Below, one piece after another: positions 1 to 8,481 of a DNA stretch of 30,526 bases. The notes below the pieces were generated by a model. That model searched no databases and was not told the origin of the DNA. It saw only the letters and a list, made by a program, of their open reading frames with translations. The stretch lies in the IMG/VR virus record IMGVR_UViG_3300032046_000009. One strand, 5' to 3'. A program made the translations under genes and the position numbers. Source of the DNA: a virus (Duplodnaviria > Heunggongvirae > Uroviricota > Caudoviricetes). How positions within the stretch are numbered: the first letter of the stretch is position 1; every line of letters starts with the position of its first letter.

Positions 1-1146
1 ATGTATATCTTGATGGTAGCGCGTATCTTCTGGTTGGAAATGTTGTAACGGAACTTTGCCTTTTGATGTGCCAACTTTCTCGAAACAATCAAGAAACTGC
101 TTACATAATTTTTCATCATCAAGCAAATCTAAAAGCCGCTTACGCCCAGCTACAACCACTTCATGGTAGAATTTTGGGTCTGTTCTAAGCCGCTCAATAA
201 GTTCAATCTGTTTAGCAAAATCATTTACCTCTGTATAAAGTTCTGGAAACATATCATGAACAGAATTACTTGAACCAACGCAGGGTACACAACTTATTGC
301 ACATTCCATACCAAATCTTGACCATCCGCCGTAACCATCGCTATTATCCAGACCCACATCACAATTTCTCCAAAGCAAATCTGTATATGCTACATATTCC
401 ATTCGTACATATACTTCGCTATTAACTGGAAGTTTTTCTCGCGCACGAAAAGCATTAACAAATTCTTGTTTGATACTACCATTAAATACTGTTACCGCAT
501 AATTTTTAGGTCTTATAACATTTTCAAGAACAGAACGAACATTATGGCTTCTAGCGGAATGATACATTATTGCCAGATTTTTTCCTTTATGATTTTCATT
601 ATACCTGTTTACACCATATCTAAAAAGATGAGGCAATAATATTTTGAATATTGGTTTTGTAGTGTATTTTTCAAACAACGGATTATCTGTCACCTTAATA
701 ATTCCATCTGGTATTTCAAGTATTTTTGTATCTTTGAAGAACTGTTCTGGTCCACCATGATTGTCTGGATTTGGCATTAACTTTAAATCCCACCAACTTC
801 CGTTAGGATTAAATAACCATAACCATTCATCATCCCATTGAGCGAGCATTTTAGCTTCGGGTTTCATAAACGGTTTTGCAAAAATCGGTAAACTCCACCA
901 ACTAACACCAGTTGGTTCATATCTTGATGACCGTCTTGTTGCATAAGCGTAAATATAATCAGCTTCTTTCAAAGGGTTCCAATATGGGTCATTGACAAAA
1001 TCATTATAAACTTTTCTATGAACTGGCGAAGCGTTTATTGATGACACTACAATGTCGAGTTTTGACGCATATTTATTCAAAGCAACAAACCATTGGAAAT
1101 AATCGCGGCAATCAAACCATGCCACAATACAAAGTTTTTTTGTCAT
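1..1146 (-). CDS. Putative GT-B fold glycosyltransferase, 3'-truncated by the window edge (not in the ORF track)
   Basis: Manual translation: ATG at 1146 overlaps the upstream TGA (ATGA). Open for 382 codons to base 1 (MTKKLCIVAWFDCRDYFQW...). The C-terminal half has GWSRFGMECAISCVPCVGS...DPKFYHEVVVAGRKRL, resembling the E-x-A-x-x-G/C-x-P donor-binding region of GT4/CgeB-like enzymes. Confidence 0.65.
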   Translation of the reverse strand, partial: MTKKLCIVAWFDCRDYFQWFVALNKYASKLDIVVSSINASPVHRKVYNDFVNDPYWNPLKEADYIYAYATRRSSRYEPTGVSWWSLPIFAKPFMKPEAKMLAQWDDEWLWLFNPNGSWWDLKLMPNPDNHGGPEQFFKDTKILEIPDGIIKVTDNPLFEKYTTKPIFKILLPHLFRYGVNRYNENHKGKNLAIMYHSARSHNVRSVLENVIRPKNYAVTVFNGSIKQEFVNAFRAREKLPVNSEVYVRMEYVAYTDLLWRNCDVGLDNSDGYGGWSRFGMECAISCVPCVGSSNSVHDMFPELYTEVNDFAKQIELIERLRTDPKFYHEVVVAGRKRLLDLLDDEKLCKQFLDCFEKVGTSKGKVPLQHFQPEDTRYHQDIH

Positions 1147-2006
1147 ATTTTCCCCTCTTTCCCTAGTACCTTTATTGACCACTTTCGCATTATATCGAAT
1201 TTCTTCTTGCATTTGGCAACTTCTTTGGCTATTTCTGGGTCTTCCATCTCAGCTATCCTAAGTTCATTTGACCGTTCGACCCACCTGAATAGCGCGCTGT
1301 TTACACTCTGGTTCAACAATACAATGTTAGGCATCAAACAATGTCCACCGATGACTGACGGGTGATATAAAGGTCTGTCGAGTCTGTGAATATGTGTATC
1401 GATGAAGATGTCAAGAATATCAGAGAAATCAACACCAAATTCTTTGGAAATTCTATGCATCTCCTGAAACATTGCAATCATTGTAGCGGCGTAACTTGTC
1501 TCATACAACTTTGCCAATTCCGTGTTAGTTGAATTACGCATAAGTTCGCATTTAAACCCCGCCTTAATAAGATGATTAAATGCCTCTTTGCCGCCTTCTG
1601 GGGTCGCGCCACCGACAAACTTTGTGTAGGTCTTAATGTCTTCAAGCATCTGGGAGTGTACCCCGCGCACAGGCGAGTGCGCTACGTACGGACATTCGCG
1701 GTGAATTTCTTCATAAATCATTCTTGTTGTTAGAGGCGGAACTGTACTATGAATTATCACAAGTTTCGGCTCGAATTCGCTTACTAAGTCGCAGACTATG
1801 TTTATGAATTTCTTTGCGTCTGAGCACGAAATACAAATATGAAGGGAGTAGATAGTATTAGGAATTTCATCCAAGTCATGAATAGTTTTGTTTTGGTCTC
1901 TGTCATATCCGAAGACTTTCCATATCCTCTGCATTTTAAGCAGTTCAAATATTGGACGACCAACTTCGCCTAATCCAACTACAAGAATGTTATCCAATGT
2001 AATCAC
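1143..2006 (-). CDS. NDP-sugar 6-dehydrogenase (UDP-glucose/GDP-mannose/UDP-ManNAc dehydrogenase family), short form
   Basis: Rossmann GLGEVG, HSTVPP, ELAKLYETSY (catalytic Lys helix) and IGGHCL (catalytic Cys). At 287 aa it lacks the usual C-terminal UDP-binding domain. The true start may be the TTG three codons downstream, since the annotated GTG lies inside a GGTGA SD-like motif. Confidence 0.85.
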   Translation of the reverse strand: MITLDNILVVGLGEVGRPIFELLKMQRIWKVFGYDRDQNKTIHDLDEIPNTIYSLHICISCSDAKKFINIVCDLVSEFEPKLVIIHSTVPPLTTRMIYEEIHRECPYVAHSPVRGVHSQMLEDIKTYTKFVGGATPEGGKEAFNHLIKAGFKCELMRNSTNTELAKLYETSYAATMIAMFQEMHRISKEFGVDFSDILDIFIDTHIHRLDRPLYHPSVIGGHCLMPNIVLLNQSVNSALFRWVERSNELRIAEMEDPEIAKEVAKCKKKFDIMRKWSIKVLGKEGKI

Positions 2007-3087
2007 CTATGATTTTTGCGATTTGTTCTGAGGCTGTTCCATTTCCATAAAGCGGCTTCACGTTTTTCGGGAAACTCGGTAGATTATTCAGAATCTCAGA
2101 GATTGTCTCATATTTTGTTCCAGTCAGAATTGTCGCTTTACAGTCAGAAAGTTCTTGCCATTCTGGGGTACTGGTCTTCAATGCGATGCAAAGTTTATGA
2201 AGATAGAACGCTTCTCTTTGAATGCCACCTGAGTCTGTGATTACTGCATTAGAGAATCGTTCTAAGTTTATCATGTCATAATAGGAAACGGGGTCGATTA
2301 TCTGAATATTCTTTCCTATATATTTTTCAAGTTTGTTTTCTCTGAGCATTTTTCTTGAGCGCGGATGAATTGGATAAATAACTGGAATAGGACTACTACT
2401 TAATGCTTCAAGTATTCCTTTAAATGTCGCTGGATTATCAACATTCCAATCTCTATGAATAGTGGCAACATAGTAAGGCGATGAAATACCCAAATTATCC
2501 AAAGTCTTGACCTTCTCTATTTTAGAGAAATGCATCGTGAGAACGTCCAACAGTATGTCGCCAACATTGTAAGCCTTTCCAAATTGCCTTTCGGTAATCA
2601 AATTTGTCCAATGGCGTAAACTTGCTGTAAACAAAAGACTTGAAACTGAGTCGGCAACTACCCTGTTTATTTCTTCCATTATATTTCTATCATATGCACG
2701 ACAACCAGCCTCTATATGAGCAACTGGAATCTTCAGTTTAACTGCCGCAAGTGCCGCGCCCATAGTTGTGTTTGTATCTCCAACAACGACAACCATTGCG
2801 GGTTGCATATTCATCAGAATCTTCTCTGTACCTTCGATTATTTTTGCTGTTTGTGCGCCATGTGTGTCTGAGCCAACTTCGAGATTTACGACATGTGGAA
2901 ATTTCAACTGACTTAAAAAAATTTGGGACATGTTCAAGTCATAATGTTGTCCTGTATCAACTATAATACTTTCGTACTTTAGTTGATTAAGTACAGCAAT
3001 GACCTTCATATACTGTGGTCTAGTGCCCATCACGAATGCCAGAGGAATCTTTGCAAACTCATTCTTCAACTGTGAATGCCCCTTCAT
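1990..3087 (-). CDS. wecB: UDP-N-acetylglucosamine 2-epimerase (non-hydrolysing)
   Basis: Family motifs GTRPQ, TGQHYD, VGDT, HIEAGCR, ATIHR and TDSGGIQREA; typical length. Confidence 0.95.
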   Translation of the reverse strand: MKGHSQLKNEFAKIPLAFVMGTRPQYMKVIAVLNQLKYESIIVDTGQHYDLNMSQIFLSQLKFPHVVNLEVGSDTHGAQTAKIIEGTEKILMNMQPAMVVVVGDTNTTMGAALAAVKLKIPVAHIEAGCRAYDRNIMEEINRVVADSVSSLLFTASLRHWTNLITERQFGKAYNVGDILLDVLTMHFSKIEKVKTLDNLGISSPYYVATIHRDWNVDNPATFKGILEALSSSPIPVIYPIHPRSRKMLRENKLEKYIGKNIQIIDPVSYYDMINLERFSNAVITDSGGIQREAFYLHKLCIALKTSTPEWQELSDCKATILTGTKYETISEILNNLPSFPKNVKPLYGNGTASEQIAKIIGDYIG

Positions 3088-4156
3088 CTAATAGTTCTAG
3101 GAAGAAGTATAGCGAAGAGTAGGTTAATTCATACCAGAAACTTGTCTTCCACTTCTTATATGTTTCAAATCGTTCCATGTTAAAATCTTTGAGTGCTGGG
3201 TCATGTTCATGTGCAAATTTTCTGTAACCGTGCTGGAAATATGTTTCCCAGTTAGGACCGAATCCTCTTTTTGTACCAACCATCTTACCATAATCCCTGT
3301 TAATTGCTGGCAATATGCCGAACTGTTCTATTTCTTTTCGAATCCGCAATTTTGTTATTGGTCCCTCAACTTTGTGGCATATTGGAAGACTACGCATCCA
3401 TGCTACTATGTCTGGGTGTTTCAAATATGGAATTTTCAAATCAACTCTACCGTGACAATGATAGACATTACCCCAAATGTAATCTCTTTGTAAGTTAAGT
3501 GTTTTGGTTTCTTCTGCTTCGAATTTTACAACATCATGTTGAACTGCCCAGAGATTTGTTTCTCCACCTGTTATTGCATCAAGACCTAGACCTATGAACG
3601 CTTTGTTTGTGCCGTCCTCTTCGAGAACCTTTGCAATGAAAAGCACTTGTGGACACCATGAAGGTGCTCGCATCAGTTGACAAGATTCCTTTATCAGTTT
3701 TGGAACTTCTTCATATGGCATAAATCTCTGAATCAATTTTACCCCTGTGGCATCGCAGACGGCTTTAGCGTATTCTGTTTCGTCTTTGTCTTCACCCCAA
3801 GTCATATTGTAGCCTCTAACGTGGTCTGGTCCTAAAATGTCAGCGGTGAATTTCAAGAGTAGTGCTGAATCTATTCCGCCTGAGAGGAATATTCCTACTC
3901 TATCAACTTCATGGTTTGGATTCCACTCATTAAGACTTCTTAAAACGGCTAAACGAATCATATCCATGTATTTTCCAGCATAGTCGCTGGTAGAATTATA
4001 TGGTATTGGTTTGTTGATTGTGTGAGCATATGTATTGTATTCCGTGATTGCTGGTGGAATAATTCCCATTGGTGGATTTAGAAGTCGCATAATATTTTTC
4101 AGATAGTAGTTTAGTTTTGCTATGTCTATATCTTTTCTTGTTAAGGTTTTTTTCAT
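3059..4156 (-). CDS. Asparagine synthase C-terminal-like (PP-loop) ATP-dependent amide ligase, no glutaminase domain
   Basis: PP-loop LSGGIDS, GLGLDAITGG (equivalent to GEGADELFGG) and DLKIPYL (equivalent to ExRxPFL). Only about 90 aa precede the PP-loop and there is no N-terminal Cys of an Ntn glutaminase. Confidence 0.8.
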   Translation of the reverse strand: MKKTLTRKDIDIAKLNYYLKNIMRLLNPPMGIIPPAITEYNTYAHTINKPIPYNSTSDYAGKYMDMIRLAVLRSLNEWNPNHEVDRVGIFLSGGIDSALLLKFTADILGPDHVRGYNMTWGEDKDETEYAKAVCDATGVKLIQRFMPYEEVPKLIKESCQLMRAPSWCPQVLFIAKVLEEDGTNKAFIGLGLDAITGGETNLWAVQHDVVKFEAEETKTLNLQRDYIWGNVYHCHGRVDLKIPYLKHPDIVAWMRSLPICHKVEGPITKLRIRKEIEQFGILPAINRDYGKMVGTKRGFGPNWETYFQHGYRKFAHEHDPALKDFNMERFETYKKWKTSFWYELTYSSLYFFLELLDEGAFTVEE

Positions 4157-4186
4157 TTTTTATCACCTTATACCTATAATATTCAT

Positions 4187-6127
4187 CTACGGATGAGGTC
4201 CTTGACATGATTCTTTTTTGTGTACCTCACCTTGTTTCTTCCCATCATCTGGAAGTTTAATAGGACATGGTGTTTCACTTTGTTTCTTCTCATCTTTTAG
4301 AAGTTTAATACGATTTAGTTCTTCACTTTGTTTCTTCTCATCTTTTAGAAGATTAGCGTGACATTCAAGTTCTTCAAAAAGATTTCTTCGGTAGATTTTT
4401 CCATCAAGTGAAATATGTTGAAGATAAATGTCGCTGGCACAATAGACCTTTAATCCCATTTCCCAGACTTTTTCAATCAAAGGCATAATGATTTCAACGT
4501 TGTTTATGCCAGTTCTTCCACCTTTTGTGTAAATTTCTGGCTTCATCATCCAAACGTGACCTGTCATTCCAACTTCAAAAACCACTTGTCCGTGCATTTG
4601 TTTGTCAAGTATCCAGTTATCATCAACGTAAGCGACAAATGGTTTACTATCAATTCTTTTCAGAGGACCAGCAATACCATAACCATCAATTGGAGAATCA
4701 GGTCTTGAACACATATGAAGTGGGAATCGTCTGTGATGAACAGCACCAACCCAACCCGCGTCAGGATAGTCTCTGAAAACTTCGAGATACCGCCTGATTG
4801 TTTGCATTGGAACAACCACGTCTGCGAAAAGAAACATAATATACTTGTGTTCTGGTTTCAGTTGGTCAAAGAAATAATGATAAACTTTACATAATCGTTT
4901 CCCTCTTTCGATTTTATCTGTCATAGTTTGTACTTTATTTTTTCCAGCCCTATTATTAATATAGTCGGATACAGTAGATTTTCCGAATTTCTTCAATCCG
5001 TAATCTTGCCTGACAAGTGTAAACGAATGATAGTTGTATTTATTTTTGATTTTCTTCTCGTATTTCTGAAGCATTCCCCATGTATTGTCAACGCTGTCAT
5101 TTTCGACCCAGACTAAATCAATCATTTCTTTTGGATAGTCAATATCGAGTAAACTTTGGATATACAAGTCTATCGATTGGTCTTCATTGTTAAAGGGGGT
5201 ACAGACTAAAATTGGAACATATGTCAAACACTTTATTCCGCTCAAAGCACCACCTACTATTTGTTTTTTTTCTTCTATCGGTTCGAATATGAGAATCGGT
5301 CCTTTCTTTCCGACAAACAAATTCTTGTGGAATCTTGCATCATGAGGAATATAAACTCTCAAGTCAGTAAATTGAGGAATACAATCTTCTGCCAAATCTA
5401 CCGCAAAAGCAAAATCATCCGAGTTGAGGTCTGGCATAATGTAGGATTTGCAACCGTGCTTTTCAAAGATGTCTCTTCGTATAGCGCATAAAGAGTGTCC
5501 TTGAAAGAAACATTGGAATATCCTCTGGTTTTTCTCTCTAAAAGAGGACGTTAAGAATGCATAGTTTTCAGGCATAGCACCTAGATAGATACATTTACTT
5601 CTTACGCCAAATTTATCCAAATACGGAAATGGTTCAATAATGACATTGATTGTTGGATGTTCTATTTGTTTTTCGCAATAACTACACATTAACCTTCCTG
5701 TCTTGTAGGTATTGCACATATTTGAACAACCTGAAATTGCTGGAAAATCATATGTACAAATGTCATCAAGAAGAAGATTAAGTGCGTCTTCTGAAACATA
5801 CACATCATCGGATATGAGAATTATGTGTGTGTACTCTGGGTGAAGTGCGACCCATTCTATGGCAATTTTGTGAGCCTCTACATCATTGTAGTATTTTATC
5901 CAAAGTTTGTCAACTTGTTTTAGGTTGTCGAAGCATTTCTGAACTTCTGGAAGGTCACGGGGAGAACGAATAATCATAATTGGTTTTATCTCAGAGAGTT
6001 CCAGTTTTCTAGGGCGCAAAAACTTTGAAATATCAGTCTCATTCTGGATGAAGTCCAATTTATGAAGTAAACGCTCCCATTCTCTATCGAATTGAGGGGT
6101 TTCAGATTTTTGTTGGGTTTCTTCCAT
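4187..6127 (-). CDS. Tandem GT-A (family 2-like) glycosyltransferase
   Basis: N-terminal domain with YTHIILISDD (DxD-like). Second domain with TPFNNE...LLDIDYPKEMIDLVWVENDSVDNT and FLFADVV, reminiscent of GT2/Anp1-Mnn9-like enzymes. Confidence 0.8.
   Translation of the reverse strand: MEETQQKSETPQFDREWERLLHKLDFIQNETDISKFLRPRKLELSEIKPIMIIRSPRDLPEVQKCFDNLKQVDKLWIKYYNDVEAHKIAIEWVALHPEYTHIILISDDVYVSEDALNLLLDDICTYDFPAISGCSNMCNTYKTGRLMCSYCEKQIEHPTINVIIEPFPYLDKFGVRSKCIYLGAMPENYAFLTSSFREKNQRIFQCFFQGHSLCAIRRDIFEKHGCKSYIMPDLNSDDFAFAVDLAEDCIPQFTDLRVYIPHDARFHKNLFVGKKGPILIFEPIEEKKQIVGGALSGIKCLTYVPILVCTPFNNEDQSIDLYIQSLLDIDYPKEMIDLVWVENDSVDNTWGMLQKYEKKIKNKYNYHSFTLVRQDYGLKKFGKSTVSDYINNRAGKNKVQTMTDKIERGKRLCKVYHYFFDQLKPEHKYIMFLFADVVVPMQTIRRYLEVFRDYPDAGWVGAVHHRRFPLHMCSRPDSPIDGYGIAGPLKRIDSKPFVAYVDDNWILDKQMHGQVVFEVGMTGHVWMMKPEIYTKGGRTGINNVEIIMPLIEKVWEMGLKVYCASDIYLQHISLDGKIYRRNLFEELECHANLLKDEKKQSEELNRIKLLKDEKKQSETPCPIKLPDDGKKQGEVHKKESCQGPHP
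4226..4351. repeat. Three 48-bp tandem units at the 3' end of the tandem glycosyltransferase
   Basis: Exact 30-mer TTCACTTTGTTTCTTCTCATCTTTTAGAAG at 4274-4303 and 4322-4351, with a degenerate copy at about 4226-4255. Encodes LLKDEKKQSE x2 plus LPDDGKKQGE. Confidence 0.9.
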
Positions 6128-7093
6128 TTACATACTCTCCAATTTTCGTCTTATTTTCGACTTAATTGAAACTACATGTCTTGAGAGAATTCGTATTCCA
6201 TAATGGCGTAAGAAATCTCTCAAGTCATCGCAAATTTCGCTATCTTCTCCTGACCAACTATTATGAATTGCGTCTATTGCCATAAACTTGTCTCCCTGTT
6301 CTATCACAATCATATATTCTGAGCATCTTATCTCGAACGGTTCTTTGTAGAATCCTTTGATTGTGATTAACTCAGGACTACTTTCCACAGAAAAATCGTC
6401 AAGTTTGTCTTTAAGCAATTCGGCGTATTGCATCATAATTTGCCAAATCATATCTTCTTGTTCTTTCTGAGTAAGTTTCTTCGGGTGATTTGGTGGACCC
6501 ATAATTACTTTTGCTGGAACACCGCCAACAATCGTGTCGTCTGGAACGTCTTTCGTAACTACTGCACCAGCACCTACATTTGCATTATCGCCTATTGTCA
6601 CGTTTGGCAAAATTATTGCGCGGTAGCCAATTATTGAGCCTGAACCTATCTTTACTGGACCTATCTTCATTCCGTAACCTTTAACTACTGATTGCCAACA
6701 ACCATGTGTTAAAATCGCGGAACTTGGACTCAATCCAACGTGGTCGCCAATCGTCACAGGCATAAACACGTTTATGAAACTATCATGCATAACACAACAT
6801 TTACCTATTTTGATTCTGGCTGTTGGTCTTTCTGAGCCGCCACCACCGATTATAAGTGGAAGAGGCTGGTCATCTGAGTAGAAGAAATCTCCTATCTCGA
6901 TTGAACGCGCCTTGAACTGTGCATTTGGGCGAATTTTACAAAACTTTCCTATGACAAGTTTCTCATATGCAATGATTGTAGTACCATTACCAATCTCTGT
7001 ACCTTCGCCAATCGTTATGTCATCAGAAACAATCCTGACATCATTGCCTATCTTAACAGTTTCATGAATGTTTGACTTAGAGCACGTTATCAT
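6128..7093 (-). CDS. Hexapeptide-repeat (left-handed beta-helix) O/N-acyltransferase with C-terminal extension
   Basis: [LIV]G hexapeptide repeats (VKIGSGSIIGYRAIILPNVTIGDNANVGAGAVVTKDV) and the GGVPAKVI motif. About 110 further C-terminal residues are unassigned. Confidence 0.9.
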   Translation of the reverse strand: MITCSKSNIHETVKIGNDVRIVSDDITIGEGTEIGNGTTIIAYEKLVIGKFCKIRPNAQFKARSIEIGDFFYSDDQPLPLIIGGGGSERPTARIKIGKCCVMHDSFINVFMPVTIGDHVGLSPSSAILTHGCWQSVVKGYGMKIGPVKIGSGSIIGYRAIILPNVTIGDNANVGAGAVVTKDVPDDTIVGGVPAKVIMGPPNHPKKLTQKEQEDMIWQIMMQYAELLKDKLDDFSVESSPELITIKGFYKEPFEIRCSEYMIVIEQGDKFMAIDAIHNSWSGEDSEICDDLRDFLRHYGIRILSRHVVSIKSKIRRKLESM

Positions 7094-7824
7094 AGATAAT
7101 ATCCACCGTTCACGGCAATTACTTGTCCTGTTATATAACTAGCATTGTTCGAACTTATAAATGTTATGGTTGAAACAACTTCTTCTACCGTACCGAAACG
7201 TTGCATCGGAATCTGTGTTCTGATTTTTTCATGAATTTCTTCAGGTATTCTTAGACCCATTCCAATATCAATATAGCCAAGTGCAACACAATTTACTGTT
7301 ATACCAAAAAGCGCAACTTCTCTGGCTATTGCCTTTGTGAATCCTATTAATCCAGCTTTTGAAGCCGCATAATTGCTTGTGCCAAATGCACCTGTTTGTC
7401 CGACAACTGATGAAATGTTTATGATTCTCCCAAACCTTTTTTCGCGCATATATGGAATAACATATTTCGTACACAGGAATGCACTTGTAAGATTTGTGTC
7501 CACAACTGAGTCCCAAGCCTCTTTAGGCATTTTCCAAATGACTGAATCCTTAAAGATTCCAACATTATTTATGAGAATATCTATCTGCCCAAACCACTTA
7601 ATAACTTGATTAATCATTTGGGTAACTTGGGCTTCGTCTGTGACATCAGCCTTGATTACTTCTACATGAATCTTTGTTGCGGCATAAATCTCATTTACTG
7701 CTTTCTGCGCTTCTAAATCGTTCGAATGATAGTTAAGAATCACAGTTGCTTGCTGTCTTGCGAACGCCATAGCAGTTGCTTTTCCTATACCCTGAGTTCC
7801 ACCCGTTATTAGAACTACTGTCAA
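7090..7824 (-). CDS. Classical SDR, FabG/PhaB-like 3-ketoacyl reductase
   Basis: TGGTQGIG, DILINNVG, NISS, catalytic YAASK and C-terminal YITGQVIAVNGG. Confidence 0.92.
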   Translation of the reverse strand: MTVVLITGGTQGIGKATAMAFARQQATVILNYHSNDLEAQKAVNEIYAATKIHVEVIKADVTDEAQVTQMINQVIKWFGQIDILINNVGIFKDSVIWKMPKEAWDSVVDTNLTSAFLCTKYVIPYMREKRFGRIINISSVVGQTGAFGTSNYAASKAGLIGFTKAIAREVALFGITVNCVALGYIDIGMGLRIPEEIHEKIRTQIPMQRFGTVEEVVSTITFISSNNASYITGQVIAVNGGYYL

Positions 7825-8438
7825 TTCATTCTACCCCATACAAGTTCAAAGGCTTCTGCATAATCTGTTTTTGCTTGAACCCCACGCATTCTATTATGAG
7901 ACTCATATTTTACTCTACTTGTAGCATAAGGTCTAGCTTTCTTCTGTGCAACATATAGGTCTAATGCATCCAACTTTCTTTTAACATCCTCTTCTGTAAG
8001 AATTATGAAATAGTTTGGTTTGAAATCTGGTGTTGAACTTCGCAAAACTTCGTAGGCTAGAATCGTTGAAGTATCTCTAAAAATTGTAACACAACATTCC
8101 GCAATTGTTACGTGGTCCTGATGAAAATCATGAACAGTTGGACAAAGCACCAAATCGGGCATTATTTTTTCTCTGATAACCCAGAGTTGATTTCTTATAT
8201 CTTGCTTGTGTTCCTCTAGTCTATCGCGGGCATATTGAAACGAAATTATTTCTGATATTCCAAGTGCTTTACATACGGCTTCGTGGTCCTGAATGTGACC
8301 TTTGTTTTTCGGGTCTTCCATACATGGTGCAAAATAAACTTCTGTAACCATATGACCCTCTTGAACAAGCCTTACAATTGCGCCGCCAGCCGCAGATTCA
8401 CCATCATCTGGATGAGCGTCTATTACAAGCACTTTCAT
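7821..8438 (-). CDS. PIG-L/LmbE family N-deacetylase
   Basis: Metal-binding AHPDD and HQDH motifs; C-terminal AEAF. Confidence 0.92.
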   Translation of the reverse strand: MKVLVIDAHPDDGESAAGGAIVRLVQEGHMVTEVYFAPCMEDPKNKGHIQDHEAVCKALGISEIISFQYARDRLEEHKQDIRNQLWVIREKIMPDLVLCPTVHDFHQDHVTIAECCVTIFRDTSTILAYEVLRSSTPDFKPNYFIILTEEDVKRKLDALDLYVAQKKARPYATSRVKYESHNRMRGVQAKTDYAEAFELVWGRMN

Positions 8439-8471
8439 TATACCACATCATAAAGAATATAGGTGAGTAAG

Positions 8472-8479
8472 TATTTAAA
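8472..8479 (-). promoter_or_regulatory. Archaeal TATA box of the glycan operon
   Basis: TTTAAATA on the minus strand, 33 nt upstream of the ATG at 8438. Confidence 0.65.
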
Positions 8480-8481
8480 TG

